A stretch of 64,000 nucleotides of DNA. It comes from Acidimicrobiales bacterium (GTDB lineage: Bacteria > Actinomycetota > Acidimicrobiia > Acidimicrobiales > SHLQ01). The notes beneath the pieces were generated by a model. It was not told where the DNA came from and searched no databases. It saw only the letters and a list, made by a program, of their open reading frames with translations. Made by a program: the position numbers and the translations under genes. This document shows positions 11,587-21,514 of this stretch, piece after piece. How positions within the stretch are numbered: the first letter of the stretch is position 1; every line of letters starts with the position of its first letter. Location: assembly GCA_965216815.1 (NCBI GenBank), contig OZ244202.1, forward strand, positions 3,801,335 through 3,865,334, in the 5' to 3' direction.

Positions 11587-13146
11587 TCAGATCGCCTTCT
11601 CTCTGCCTTCCCAGTACGGGTCACGCAGCTTCCGCTTGTAGAGCTTGCCGTTGGGATCGCGCGGCATGTCGGTCGTGTAGTCGATGCTCCGCGGCCACTT
11701 CTGCTTGGCCAGCCGGCCACGAACGAAACCCATGATCGACTCGGTTGTCTCGTCGGTCGGGTCCCAACCATCGCGCAGCTCGACGACCGCCTTGATCTCC
11801 TCGCCGAGATCCTCATTCGGAACGCCGAACACAGCCACATCGCGCACCGCCTCGTGCTCGTACAAAGCGCCCTCGATCTCGGCCGGGTAGATGTTCACGC
11901 CACCGGCGATGATCATGTCGTTCGCCCGATCGTTCAGGTACAGGTACCCGTCGTCATCGAAGTATCCGACGTCGCCCACGGTGAAGAAGTCGCGCAGACG
12001 AGACTTCTTCGTCTTCTCGTCGTCCTTGTAGTACTCGAAAGTGCCGCCGCCCATCTTCATGTATATGGTCCCGCTCTGGCCGGTCGGCAGCTCGTTGCCG
12101 TCGTCGTCGACGACGATCACCTCCGAACCCGGCCACGGCCTGCCGACCGTGCCCGGGTGGTCCATCCACTCCTGTGGCGACACGTACGTACCGCCCCCCT
12201 CGGTCGCGGCGTAGTACTCCCAGATCGTGTCTCCCCACCACTCGATCATCTTTCGTTTCGTCTCGATCGGGCAAGGAGCCGCGGCATGGATCATCCGGCG
12301 CAACGAAGACACGTCGTAGCGGTTGCGCACCTCCTCTGGGAGCTGGAGCAGTCGGTTGAACATGGTCGGAACCATGTGCGATTGGGTGACCTTGTACCTC
12401 TCGATCCGTTCGAGCGCTCCCTCGGGTGTCCATCGATCCATGAGCACCACCGAGTGGCCCATCTGCAATGACGTAGTGGTCCAGTTGTTCACCGCCGTGT
12501 GATAGAGCGGCGCCTGCGTGATGTGGACGTTGTCGTCGTGGGGCATCATCCCGAACAGCAAGAACAGCCCGCCGCTGCTCGCCCCTGCCTCATCCGGGTG
12601 GGTGTCGGCGAGCGGACGCCGCACACCCTTCGGACGGCCCGTGGTACCAGACGTGTAGAACATGTACGAACCGGTCGAGAGGTCATCGGGCCGTGTGGCC
12701 GACCGTCCCTCGATCAGTTCGGCGAACGGCCGGTATCCATCGACGTCGCCTATCGCGAAGCGGTTGTCGCTCGCGACGTCGGTCTCGTCCAGCGCACGCC
12801 TCACCTCATCACCGAACCGCTCGTGAGCAACGAGCGCCTTCGTCTCGCTGTCGTTGACGATGTAGGCGATCTCCGGACCGACCAGATGCCAGTTGACCGT
12901 CGTGACATACAGCCCGGCCTGGAACGCCGCCAGACAGATCGCTACCTGTTCGATGCAGTTCGGTAGAACGGTCGTGACCTGGTCCCCCCGTTCCAGGCCC
13001 AACGCACGCAACCCGTGCACGATCTGATTCGTCAGCGCGGCCAGCTCGCCGTAGGTCACTTCTTCACAGTCGGGGTCGACCACCGCTAGGTGGCCAGGGT
13101 CGGCCTCTGCAATCTTCCAGAAACCCATCGCGTCTGTGTTGGCCAT
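11587..13146 (-). CDS. acyl-CoA synthetase (AMP-binding enzyme)
   Basis: YTSGTTGRPKGV, YYAATEGGG and GDVGYFDDDGYLYLNDR motifs. ATG at 13146. Confidence 0.9.
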   Translation of the reverse strand: MANTDAMGFWKIAEADPGHLAVVDPDCEEVTYGELAALTNQIVHGLRALGLERGDQVTTVLPNCIEQVAICLAAFQAGLYVTTVNWHLVGPEIAYIVNDSETKALVAHERFGDEVRRALDETDVASDNRFAIGDVDGYRPFAELIEGRSATRPDDLSTGSYMFYTSGTTGRPKGVRRPLADTHPDEAGASSGGLFLLFGMMPHDDNVHITQAPLYHTAVNNWTTTSLQMGHSVVLMDRWTPEGALERIERYKVTQSHMVPTMFNRLLQLPEEVRNRYDVSSLRRMIHAAAPCPIETKRKMIEWWGDTIWEYYAATEGGGTYVSPQEWMDHPGTVGRPWPGSEVIVVDDDGNELPTGQSGTIYMKMGGGTFEYYKDDEKTKKSRLRDFFTVGDVGYFDDDGYLYLNDRANDMIIAGGVNIYPAEIEGALYEHEAVRDVAVFGVPNEDLGEEIKAVVELRDGWDPTDETTESIMGFVRGRLAKQKWPRSIDYTTDMPRDPNGKLYKRKLRDPYWEGREKAI

Positions 13147-13294
13147 GTCGTCCTCTTCGTCGCTGACGCGGCGCACATTATCGCCCCTGCGAGGCCCGGA
13201 TCGAAGCCGTAGCGCACATGGTGAAGCGGCACACTCGGCCACAACCTGCTAGAACCCAGTCGGGTCATCGTGTGAAAAAGGGGGGACCCGCAAA

Positions 13295-13720
13295 ATGGCG
13301 CGAAATCAAAGCCTCGACGAACAGATCGCCTCGGTCGACATCTTCTCGGAGTGTTCCAAGAAGGAATTGAGGTCGATCTCCCGGCTGATAACCCCGGTCC
13401 ACGTCAAAGCCGGCCGGGTGCTGACGACCGAGGGCGAGGTCGGACGCGAATTCATGATCATCATCGAAGGCACCGCAAAGGTCGAACGTGGCGGCGAGGA
13501 TGTCGCAACCCTGGGTCCGGGCAGTTTCTTCGGCGAGCTCGCCGTCCTCGCAGGTGTGCCCCGTACCGCGACCGTCACCGCCGAGACCGACATGCATCTC
13601 GAAGCACTCAATCGCCGCGAGTTCTCCACCCTTCTCGACGAGAACCCCAAGTTGGCGAAGAAGATCCTCATCGGCGCGGTCAAACGACTTCACGACCTCG
13701 ATACGAAGTCCCTTCACTGA
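13295..13720 (+). CDS. stand-alone cyclic-nucleotide-binding domain protein
   Basis: FFGELAVLAGVPRTATVTA phosphate-binding-cassette motif. At 141 aa there is no room for an output domain. Confidence 0.8.
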   Translation: MARNQSLDEQIASVDIFSECSKKELRSISRLITPVHVKAGRVLTTEGEVGREFMIIIEGTAKVERGGEDVATLGPGSFFGELAVLAGVPRTATVTAETDMHLEALNRREFSTLLDENPKLAKKILIGAVKRLHDLDTKSLH

Positions 13721-13756
13721 TCGTTCGCAACGGCCAGAGATCGATTCGGTTTCCCG

Positions 13757-14791
13757 GTGACAGGCGGCGCACCGATCGATGAGGGGCGGGTCACCGATTG
13801 GCTCACCGCCAACAGCCCGCTGCGCCCCCCGCTCACGATCGATCTGATCGCGGCCGGAGGATCGAACGTCACCTTCCGGGTCACCGACGCCGAGGGACTC
13901 ACGGTTGCTCTCAGGCGGCCGCCCGTCGGAGCGCGCCTCGCCAGTGCCCACGACATCGACCGAGAGTGGCGAATTCTCAGCGCCCTGGCCGAGTCGCCCT
14001 CGGTCCCGGTGCCCACGCCGATCGCCCGCTGCGACGACGAGTCGGTGACCGGGGCACCATTCTACGCCATGGAGTTCGTCGAGGGACCGGTGTGGCGTTC
14101 GAGCGCCGACACCGCATCGGTTCGGAGCGACGACGCTGAGAGAGCGACGCGGTCACTTGTGGCAACCCACTGCGCGATCCATTCACTCGACCTCGATCGC
14201 GTCGGTCTCACAGATCTGGGGCGCCACGAGCACTATGTCCAGCGCCAGCTCCGTCGCTGGATGCGCCAGGTCGACGAAGCCGGCGTGCGACCGCTGCCCC
14301 GTCTCGCCGAGGTACACGACCGGCTCATCGAATCCGTTCCCGATCAGCGCCTCCCCTCCGGCCTCGTGCACGGCGACTATCGCTTCGACAACACGGTGCT
14401 AGACCCGCGACACGAGATCGGAGCGGTCCTCGATTGGGAACTGGCAACGATCGGGGATCCGCTCGCCGACATCGCCTGGTCGCTCCAATACTGGGCCGAT
14501 CCCGACGATGCGCTCACCTTCCTGCCCGATGCCCCCACCGCCGCTGCGGTCTTTCCCCGACGAGCCGACGTGATCGCGCTCTACGCGGAAACCCTCGCTC
14601 TCGACATGTCCGACTTCGACTTCTACGTTGCCTTCAGCTGGTGGAAGCAGGCGGCGATCGTCGAAGGAGCCTATGCGCGTCGACTCGCTGGCAGCGTCGG
14701 CGGCATGGCTGGCTCCGGTGACGTTCACGCGATCGCACGCCGAGCCGACTCGATGCTCGAACACGCCGACCACCTCACCCGCTCGCTGTGA
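13757..14791 (+). CDS. phosphotransferase-family protein (APH/ACAD10-like kinase fold)
   Basis: GGSNVTFRV and LVHGDYRFDNTVL (catalytic HxD...N) motifs. Confidence 0.8.
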   Translation: MTGGAPIDEGRVTDWLTANSPLRPPLTIDLIAAGGSNVTFRVTDAEGLTVALRRPPVGARLASAHDIDREWRILSALAESPSVPVPTPIARCDDESVTGAPFYAMEFVEGPVWRSSADTASVRSDDAERATRSLVATHCAIHSLDLDRVGLTDLGRHEHYVQRQLRRWMRQVDEAGVRPLPRLAEVHDRLIESVPDQRLPSGLVHGDYRFDNTVLDPRHEIGAVLDWELATIGDPLADIAWSLQYWADPDDALTFLPDAPTAAAVFPRRADVIALYAETLALDMSDFDFYVAFSWWKQAAIVEGAYARRLAGSVGGMAGSGDVHAIARRADSMLEHADHLTRSL

Positions 14792-15759
14792 GCGATAGGC
14801 CACGCGTCGTCGTCGACTGCGACCCCGGCATCGACGACGCCTTCGCGCTTTGGACCGCACTGCGACACTGCGAAGTGCTCGGTGTCACATCGGTCGCCGG
14901 CAACGTCGGCCTCGACCACACCACCGCAAACGCTCGGCGAGTGTTGGACTCGGCCGCGGCAGACGAGGTTCCGGTCCACGCCGGTGCCGAATCGGCCATA
15001 GAGGGGCAGACCTACGACGCTGCACACGTACACGGCGACGACGGTTTGGCCGGGTCGGGGCTGCCCGGTCCATCGAAGGGTCCCGATGGCCGCGACGCAA
15101 CCGCGTTCCTCACCAGGACGCTAAGCGCATTCGACGGCGTCTACATCGTCGCCATGGGCCCGCTGACCAACATCGCAATCCTGCTGCGCGACAACCCCGA
15201 AACAGCCGATCGCATCGCCGGCCTCTACCTGATGGGTGGATCGCTGTCAGGGGGAAACGCAACACCGCACGCCGAGTTCAACATTTGGGCGGACCCAGCT
15301 GCAGCAGAGCTCGTGTTCGCAGCACCGGTCCGCCGAACGATGGTAGGGCTCGACCTGACCCACACGGTCAGGTTCGGTCGACGGGAGCTGGACAGACTCG
15401 GTGGTGCGACCACGCCGACCGCCAAGGCAGGCGCTGGGCTGCTCGACGCATACCTGGCGTTCCACCGGACCATCGAGTACGACCCTGGGATCCGGCACGT
15501 TGTGCAGCAGATCGAACAACGCTCTATCCGCCCAGCACCCGTGCATGATCCTTGCGCCGTGCTCGCGCTCACCCACCCCTCGTTGTTCGAGATGACGACC
15601 ATGTCGATCGGCGTCGAGACATCCGAGGCCGAGCGGTTGGGTCGCACCTTCCGAGACGACCACGGACACAACTCCACAAAGGTCGCAGAGCGAGCCGACG
15701 TCGAAGCGCTGGTCGACCTCATCATCGAAGCGACGATCGCTCCGATCGCCGACCTCTAG
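14788..15759 (+). CDS. nucleoside hydrolase (inosine/uridine-preferring family)
   Basis: VVVDCDPGIDDAFAL N-terminal aspartate cluster. Its GTG start overlaps the upstream TGA (GTGA). Confidence 0.85.
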   Translation: MSDRPRVVVDCDPGIDDAFALWTALRHCEVLGVTSVAGNVGLDHTTANARRVLDSAAADEVPVHAGAESAIEGQTYDAAHVHGDDGLAGSGLPGPSKGPDGRDATAFLTRTLSAFDGVYIVAMGPLTNIAILLRDNPETADRIAGLYLMGGSLSGGNATPHAEFNIWADPAAAELVFAAPVRRTMVGLDLTHTVRFGRRELDRLGGATTPTAKAGAGLLDAYLAFHRTIEYDPGIRHVVQQIEQRSIRPAPVHDPCAVLALTHPSLFEMTTMSIGVETSEAERLGRTFRDDHGHNSTKVAERADVEALVDLIIEATIAPIADL

Positions 15760-15833
15760 CGGCGCCAGGAACGAACCCTGGCGAAGTACCCTGAACGTAC
15801 CCGCACACGACAACCACCTCGGTCAGCGATCAC

Positions 15834-16238
15834 GTGAGCTCGACAAGTCTGTTCCTCCTCTTCGTTGGCGTCTCGGTCGCCGCGGTGTCCATCTGGATGC
15901 TGCTCGACTGGTTGCCGCGGTTTCGCGACAGACCTTTCCGGCCACGAGGCGAGGCCATTCCCAAGCGCCGGTCGCGTCGACGGGCTTGGCGTGAGGTCAG
16001 AGCTGTGACCGAAGAAGAGGAGGTGCGTGAAACCCTCTCCGCCTCGTTCGGAACCCCGACGCTGCGACGAAGCTACGGAAGAGAATCCACCGACGACGCC
16101 ACGGGCGAACTCGACTTCGACTACATAGAAGCGCTGCGCAGCGACCCTCTCGAGGAGCCCTCGAGCAACGGCCACAGCTCCGAGCCAGAATCGGATCCTG
16201 CGGAATTGGTGAACGAGAGCGACGACGCCGAAGCCTGA
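15834..16238 (+). CDS. hypothetical protein, one N-terminal TM helix and an acidic tail
   Basis: LFLLFVGVSVAAVSIWMLL, then an Arg-rich and an acidic region. No recognisable family. Confidence 0.35.
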   Translation: MSSTSLFLLFVGVSVAAVSIWMLLDWLPRFRDRPFRPRGEAIPKRRSRRRAWREVRAVTEEEEVRETLSASFGTPTLRRSYGRESTDDATGELDFDYIEALRSDPLEEPSSNGHSSEPESDPAELVNESDDAEA

Positions 16239-16263
16239 GAGCCGCGCCGGCGCGCTCGATCTG

Positions 16264-16761
16264 TTACCGACCGGATCTCGGACGGTGAAAGCCGGCAACC
16301 CACGACGCGCCCAGCTCGAACGCCGTCAGCTCGCGCGCTGCATCCACGATGAACTCGAGGAGCGCCGCACCGTCGGGAGCGACTGTGAACTCGTAGACCA
16401 GGCCGCGCCGAGAATGGTCCTGACGCTTGATCAGTCCCTCGGGCGCTTCAATGCCGGCCCGCGCAAGCCTCTGTGCGGCCTTGGGGCCTCCGTGGTGTTC
16501 CAGGCCGACCGATCCAGGGGAGCTTCGGCGCCGAGAATGGTCGGCCGCCAGGATCGTCGCCAGCGGCACAGCGGGACCTCGGGCCGAGAAGAGGCGACCG
16601 ACGGGCGACGGCGACAACGCCGCTGCCACCTCTTCGTCGAGATCGGGTCCAAGGTTCACCCACCCACCCGCACGCTCGGAGAGGAGCTTCGAGAGCTCGT
16701 CGACGACCGCCGCCACATCGGCGAGGTCGAATGCGACGAGCTGCGGGGTGATCTTGGCCAT
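16264..16761 (-). CDS. hypothetical protein
   Basis: 165-aa ORF with coding-like composition. No recognisable family. Confidence 0.5.
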   Translation of the reverse strand: MAKITPQLVAFDLADVAAVVDELSKLLSERAGGWVNLGPDLDEEVAAALSPSPVGRLFSARGPAVPLATILAADHSRRRSSPGSVGLEHHGGPKAAQRLARAGIEAPEGLIKRQDHSRRGLVYEFTVAPDGAALLEFIVDAARELTAFELGASWVAGFHRPRSGR

Positions 16762-16792
16762 GACCGATCATCGCACGTCTAGTCTCAGGCGC

Positions 16793-17218
16793 ATGGACCC
16801 CCAGACGATTGCCGACCGGTTTGCCATCGAAGACCTGCTGGTGCGCTATGCAACCGCCATCGACCGCCAGGACTGGGACCTCTACCGCGAGGTGTTCACA
16901 CCAGACGCTCACATCGACTACACGTCGTCGGGCGGCGAGGCCGGGGGCGTCGACGAGATGATCGGCTTCTTGACCCGCTCCATGGCGCTGTTCACCGAAA
17001 CCCAGCACTACATCACCAACGTGTCCTGTGACATCGACGGCGACGTAGCGAACGTCACCGCGGCGTTGTACAACCCGATGAGGTTCGACGATTCCAACGG
17101 ATTCAGCTGCGGCGGCTACTACCACCACGACCTCGTCCGCACACCAGACGGCTGGCGGAGCAGGCGTCTGGTGGAGGAAGCAACCTGGTTCGACGGAATC
17201 CCCAAGCCGAAGAGCTGA
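16793..17218 (+). CDS. SnoaL-like / NTF2-fold protein
   Basis: IADRFAIEDLLVRYATAIDRQDWDLYREVFTPDAHIDY is the typical SnoaL_4 N-terminus. ATG at 16793. Confidence 0.7.
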   Translation: MDPQTIADRFAIEDLLVRYATAIDRQDWDLYREVFTPDAHIDYTSSGGEAGGVDEMIGFLTRSMALFTETQHYITNVSCDIDGDVANVTAALYNPMRFDDSNGFSCGGYYHHDLVRTPDGWRSRRLVEEATWFDGIPKPKS

Positions 17219-17242
17219 CGGTTCGCCGTCCCGGCGGGTTGT

Positions 17243-18061
17243 TCAGATCCCCAGGTCGGGGTTCTGTTCGTTCGCGACACCACGGAATCGTCGCTCGACG
17301 CGTGCGATCGTTTCGGGGTGGGTGAAGACCCAGAAGCGGTTTTCACGGGTGGCCTCGATCGCCGCATCGGCAACAGCCGCCGGGTCGATCCCAGCCGTTT
17401 CCGCTATCTCGCGTAGAGGCGCCATCGTCGCGCCGTGGTCGTCGGGGAACTCGACGCGCGCCGGGCTGTTGCGCTCGGAACGAAACAGCTGGGTGCGCAC
17501 GAGCGCAGGACATACACAGCTGACACCGACGCCGTGGGGTACCAATTCGTGGTGCAGTACCTCGCTGAGCCCGACGACTGCGTGTTCGGTAGCCGAGTAG
17601 AGTCCGAGGCCCTCGCGCGACACGAGCCCGGCCTCGGACGCGACATTTACGATGTGGCCCTCGCCCTGGCCGACCAGTCGTGGCGCAACCGCGCGTATGC
17701 CGTTGGCCACACCGAGAACGTTGACGTCGATCGCCCACCGCCACTCGGACGCGGTCGTGTCGAGGAGCGACCCTCCTGGTGCGACTCCAGCGTTGTTGCA
17801 CAACAGGTGAATACCGCCGAATTCGGTCACGGCGACCTCGGCTGCTTCGTCGACCGCCGACGGGTCAGCAACATCGCCCACGAACGCTTCCACGGCCCCA
17901 CCGGTCTCCCGGAGTCGAGCCGACTCGCGTGCGAGCGCGTTCTCTTCGATGTCGACCATGACAACGCTCATGGTCTCCCGAAGGCACCGCTCGGCCAGCG
18001 CGAGCCCGATGCCGTTCGCGGCACCAGTTATCAACGCGGTTTTGCCCGCCAACCCTCTCAC
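17243..18061 (-). CDS. SDR-family oxidoreductase
   Basis: KTALITGAANGIGLALA, NNAGV and YSATEHAV motifs. Confidence 0.85.
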   Translation of the reverse strand: MRGLAGKTALITGAANGIGLALAERCLRETMSVVMVDIEENALARESARLRETGGAVEAFVGDVADPSAVDEAAEVAVTEFGGIHLLCNNAGVAPGGSLLDTTASEWRWAIDVNVLGVANGIRAVAPRLVGQGEGHIVNVASEAGLVSREGLGLYSATEHAVVGLSEVLHHELVPHGVGVSCVCPALVRTQLFRSERNSPARVEFPDDHGATMAPLREIAETAGIDPAAVADAAIEATRENRFWVFTHPETIARVERRFRGVANEQNPDLGI

Positions 18062-18162
18062 TCCCCCACTCTGTCACCCACAGAGCCGAAAAGGGCCACA
18101 CCACGTGAGATTTCCGCAATTCTCGCGGATCGGGTGGAACTCTTCGTCCGCGCTACGCTCGA

Positions 18163-19371
18163 ATCATCGACGAGCAGCAACACATCGCCGATACGCGCCC
18201 GGTCCTCGTCGAGGTTTCGGGCCGCGACCGTCCCGGCATCACAACCGGTGTCCTCGAGATCCTCCGCCGCGCCTCCGCAACGGTCGAGGACATCGAGCAG
18301 GTTGTCATCCGCGGGCGCCTCACGTTGGGCTTCCTAATCGGCGTACCGGAGGGCAAGGACCTGCTGAAGGACCTGTTGCTGTTCGGCTGGGAGCACGATC
18401 TGAACATCGAGTTCGAGGCTGCTCCCGCACTCCCGAGCCCCCATCGTAAGGCTCAGGTGGTCACGGTTCTCGGGCCCGAGCTCACCGCCGGCCAGCTCGA
18501 GCGGGTCACCGGCGCGATCGCCGACGCCGGCGGGAACATCCACCGAATCGAACGTTTGTCGCGGTATCCGCTCTGGTCATACGAGTTCCGGGTCACCGAC
18601 AGCAATGGCGGCGAACTTCGCAAACACTTGCTCTCGTCGGCGGGCGACGTCGACGTAGCGGTCCAAGACGAGGGCCTCTATCGGCGCGCCAACCGTCTCA
18701 TCGTCTTCGACGTCGACTCGACCCTCATCCAGAACGAGATGATCGATCTGCTCGCGGCCGAGGCCGGAACGGTCGACCAGGTGGCGGCGATAACCGATGC
18801 TGCGATGGCGGGCGAGCTCGATTTCGAGGAATCGCTGCGTCGGCGCGTGGCGCTTCTCGAGGGTCTCGACCAGGCTGCGATGGAGCGCGCGTGGGAACGC
18901 GTCGCGCTCACCCCCGGCGCCAGAACGGTCGTACGAACGCTCGGCCGACTCGGCATGACCGTCGTCCTGGTCAGCGGGGGCTTCACGGCCTACACCGACC
19001 GTCTCGTCGCGGAGCTCGGCGTCGATTCCGCCCATGCCAACCAGCTCGAACTCGACGACCAGGGCCGGCTGACCGGACGGCTCATCGGGCGGATCGTCGA
19101 CCGCGAGGCCAAGGCCGAGTTGTTGGTCGAGGCAGCGGAATCGGCCGGCGTACCGCTCGATCAGACGATTGCCGTCGGCGACGGTGCGAACGATCTCGAC
19201 ATGCTCGCCGCCGCGGGCCTCGGCGTCGCGTTCTGTGCCAGACCAGTGGTGCAGGACATCGCAGACACGGCGCTGTCCCTTCCGTATCTGGACGCGCTGT
19301 TGTTTCTCATCGGTATTCGACGCGAACACATCGAAGAGGCCGACGAGGGCGACCCGACTTTCAACCCGTGA
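18163..19371 (+). CDS. serB: phosphoserine phosphatase SerB with N-terminal ACT domains (start codon unresolved)
   Basis: HAD motif LIVFDVDSTLI and GDGANDL. An ACT-like VLVEVSGRDRPGITTGVLEIL is encoded upstream of the first canonical start (TTG 18325). 18163 is the first ATC of ATCATCGAC, where the GC3 signal begins. Confidence 0.8.
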   Translation: MIDEQQHIADTRPVLVEVSGRDRPGITTGVLEILRRASATVEDIEQVVIRGRLTLGFLIGVPEGKDLLKDLLLFGWEHDLNIEFEAAPALPSPHRKAQVVTVLGPELTAGQLERVTGAIADAGGNIHRIERLSRYPLWSYEFRVTDSNGGELRKHLLSSAGDVDVAVQDEGLYRRANRLIVFDVDSTLIQNEMIDLLAAEAGTVDQVAAITDAAMAGELDFEESLRRRVALLEGLDQAAMERAWERVALTPGARTVVRTLGRLGMTVVLVSGGFTAYTDRLVAELGVDSAHANQLELDDQGRLTGRLIGRIVDREAKAELLVEAAESAGVPLDQTIAVGDGANDLDMLAAAGLGVAFCARPVVQDIADTALSLPYLDALLFLIGIRREHIEEADEGDPTFNP

Positions 19372-19423
19372 TGCGGCCGATGCTCACACTTTGTTCAGCG
19401 AGACCCAGCTGCGCATCCGCGAC

Positions 19424-20554
19424 GTGACGAAACACCAACCTCTCCGCATCGGCCCGCTGTCGGTGTGGCCGCCGGTCGTGCTCGCTCCGATGGCTGGTGT
19501 CACAAACGCGCCGTTCCGCGCCTTGTGCCGCAGCGAGGGCGCCGGTCTGTATGTCAATCAGATGCTCACCGCCCGCGCGGTCGTCGAGCGGCACCCGCGC
19601 ACGCTCGAACTGGCTCGCTTCGCAGAAGACGAATCACCGCGCAGCCTCCAGCTCTACGGCACCGACGCACGGTCGGTGGCCGAGGCGACCCGCATGCTCG
19701 TCGGCGAAGGGAAGGTCGACCACATCGACATGAACTTCGGTTGTCCGATGAAGAAGGTCACCCGCCATGGGGGCGGAGCCGCATTGCCGGTTCGACGCAG
19801 GTTGCTCGCCGAGATCGTCGAGCATGCCGTGCGAGCAGCCGGCGATGTACCGGTGACGATCAAGTTCCGAATGGGCGTCGACGACGACCACATGACCTTC
19901 CTCGAGACGGGGCGTATCGGCGCCGACGCGGGATGCGCCGCGCTCGCTCTGCACGCCCGCACCGCCGAGCAGCTCTACTCGGGCGCTGCGCGCTGGGAAG
20001 CGATCGGTGAGCTGAAGTCTGCGGTTCCGGAGCTGCCGGTACTGGGGAACGGCGACATCTGGGAGCCAAGCGACGCGTTGAGGATGATGGCCGAGACCGG
20101 CTGCGACGGCGTGGTGATCGGTCGAGGGTGCTTGGGCCGCCCGTGGCTGTTCGCGCAGCTCGGTGCGGCCTTCGACGGCGCTGCGATCCCTCCCCCACCA
20201 ACGATGGGCGAAGTGGTCGACACGATGATCAGGCACGCGACCCTGCTGGTCGACTGGTTCGACGAGCATCGCGGGATCCGCGACTTCCGCAAACATCCCG
20301 GCTGGTACCTCCAGGGATTCCCCGTCGGCGGGGCCACACGCCGCCGATTGAACCAGGTTCGATCGCTCGACGATCTGGTTGCGCTGCTGAAGACTCTGCC
20401 GGGCGATGCCGAGTTCCCCGACGAGGTCTTGCGTCAACCTCGGGGGCACACCGCCGGCCCCAAGCAGGTCACCTTGCCCGAACACCACTACGAACACGCC
20501 GATTCAGTCGCTCCGCTCGAACGAGCCGCAGAATCGCTTGTTTCCGGCGGCTGA
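19424..20554 (+). CDS. dus: tRNA-dihydrouridine synthase
   Basis: PVVLAPMAGVTNAPFR, DHIDMNFGCP and AALALHART motifs. GTG 19424; TTG 19391 is an alternative start. Confidence 0.85.
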   Translation: MTKHQPLRIGPLSVWPPVVLAPMAGVTNAPFRALCRSEGAGLYVNQMLTARAVVERHPRTLELARFAEDESPRSLQLYGTDARSVAEATRMLVGEGKVDHIDMNFGCPMKKVTRHGGGAALPVRRRLLAEIVEHAVRAAGDVPVTIKFRMGVDDDHMTFLETGRIGADAGCAALALHARTAEQLYSGAARWEAIGELKSAVPELPVLGNGDIWEPSDALRMMAETGCDGVVIGRGCLGRPWLFAQLGAAFDGAAIPPPPTMGEVVDTMIRHATLLVDWFDEHRGIRDFRKHPGWYLQGFPVGGATRRRLNQVRSLDDLVALLKTLPGDAEFPDEVLRQPRGHTAGPKQVTLPEHHYEHADSVAPLERAAESLVSGG

Positions 20555-20563
20555 TCGTCGGCG

Positions 20564-21514
20564 TTACTCGACCGAGGTCGCTGCTCCCGGATCCCAACGC
20601 TGATCGCTCAGCTCGGTGAGAAGAGCGTACGGATTGACCCATCCACCCTGACTTCCGCTCGGCGACCACTGGAAGTGCAGGTGCGGCGTACCGCGTGCAT
20701 TGCCGGTGTCGCCGTTGAAGCCGATGACTTCGCCGACCTCGACCCGCTGGCCCTCGGCCTGGGGACCGAACGAATCGAGATGTGCGTAGTAGTAGAGCGA
20801 GCCCGAGTCGCCGCGCAGGTAGATGGCTAGCCCGCCGAGCGAGTGGTTCGAGAACCGTTCGATCACGCCCGATTCGATCGCCAAGATCGGAACGCCGCGG
20901 GGAGCGAGGATGTCGGTTCCCTTGTGACCCCGGCCACCCGAGCGAGCCGCGCCCCACGAGTTCACGAACTCGTATCCGGACTGGACCGGAAACGCGGCGA
21001 TGCCGATACCCATCGAGGGTCCGTCATTGAACAGCTCGAGCTCGGCATCGATCGCCTCGATGTCCGACTCGAGGGCCCGTAGCTGGGCGAACAGCGGTGC
21101 GATGTAGGCGGGAACCTCGAGCGTCTCTTCGTCGCGGTTCAATCGGTTGCGCTCCACCGGCATTACACCAGGCAGGTCGCCGAACAACTCTGCGCCCAGC
21201 AGGAACTCGACGCGCTGGTCTGCCGGAGCGAAAGCACCGATGGCAGCTGCGACGTTTTCGTGCTCGGCCTCGAGAACAGAGCGTTCGAACAACCTCACCG
21301 TCATCGGGTGCGGGTGTTCGGCCGATTCCTTGTCCTCGGCTCGGTCTCCGGGCGGTTGCCCCTCGACGCCGGCCGGGTCTCGAGGCGTTCCCGCTTGCGG
21401 GTCTTGTGCGAACGCACTTGTCGTCATCCCGACGAGGACGGCCAGCGTGGTGGCCAGCGCAACGAGGGCGTGACGGAGCGTTGAGGTTCGGCGGCCCGAA
21501 GTCTTTCTTGGCAT
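20564..21514 (-). CDS. secreted M23-family metallopeptidase
   Basis: Signal peptide ALVALATTLAVLVGMTTSAFA. GHKGTDILAP...YYYAHLD...GDTGNARGTPHLHFQ motifs. Confidence 0.9.
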   Translation of the reverse strand: MPRKTSGRRTSTLRHALVALATTLAVLVGMTTSAFAQDPQAGTPRDPAGVEGQPPGDRAEDKESAEHPHPMTVRLFERSVLEAEHENVAAAIGAFAPADQRVEFLLGAELFGDLPGVMPVERNRLNRDEETLEVPAYIAPLFAQLRALESDIEAIDAELELFNDGPSMGIGIAAFPVQSGYEFVNSWGAARSGGRGHKGTDILAPRGVPILAIESGVIERFSNHSLGGLAIYLRGDSGSLYYYAHLDSFGPQAEGQRVEVGEVIGFNGDTGNARGTPHLHFQWSPSGSQGGWVNPYALLTELSDQRWDPGAATSVE

